Assembly (NCBI GenBank): GCA_034717975.1
Contig: JAYEMF010000014.1
Coordinates: 1 to 24,010, forward strand
DNA length: 24,010 nt
DNA from: Campylobacterota bacterium
Lineage (GTDB): Bacteria; Campylobacterota; Campylobacteria; Campylobacterales; Sulfurimonadaceae
Reading direction: 5' to 3'
Part shown: positions 23,999 to 24,010 of the stretch, piece after piece
Position numbering within the stretch: the first letter of the stretch is position 1
Layout of the letters: the number at the start of each line of letters is the position of its first letter
The notes under the pieces: generated by a model
Databases searched by the model: none
Seen by the model: the letters and a program-made list of their open reading frames with translations, nothing else
What the model was told of the DNA's origin: nothing
Position numbers and translations under genes: made by a program

Positions 23999-24010
23999 AC
24001 AAGGCTGACA

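Noticed and set aside
23941..24010. ncRNA or riboswitch at the right edge
   Set aside because: Only one stem-loop is visible and the region is truncated by the window. No family motif is recognisable.

Overview
This 24 kb window looks like chromosome from a Campylobacterota bacterium (Sulfurimonas/Sulfurovum-like). That assignment is inferred from the flgA-ubiX-coaD-tmk-hisS-speA-cysE-aspC gene order and the 'IAHQWRQPL' kinase H-boxes. A housekeeping core (7437-15465, + strand, interrupted by a vanZ-like gene) is flanked by two accessory signalling islands. Left island (150-7145): two paralogous PAS histidine kinases (-) are transcribed divergently from a sensor-less trio (+). The trio is a DHp-like+REC protein with no ATPase domain, a REC-HisKA-HATPase and an OmpR-family regulator, and 11-bp-phased repeats lie between the two -10 boxes. 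Right island (15636-23827, -): a secreted 8-repeat helical protein, a Cache/5xHAMP/GAF/Glu-Gln coiled-coil hybrid kinase, a STAS-like-CheB-CheR fusion, an unannotated 46-aa GGDEF C-terminal fragment, and a REC-PAS-HD-GYP-degenerate GGDEF protein. This suggests chemoreceptor-independent methylation of a kinase coupled to c-di-GMP degradation. The intergenic regions carry several small repeat families, including a 143-bp MITE with perfect 19-bp TIRs and a 9-bp TSD that encloses a REP-like doublet. No rRNA, tRNA, CRISPR array or transposase was seen.
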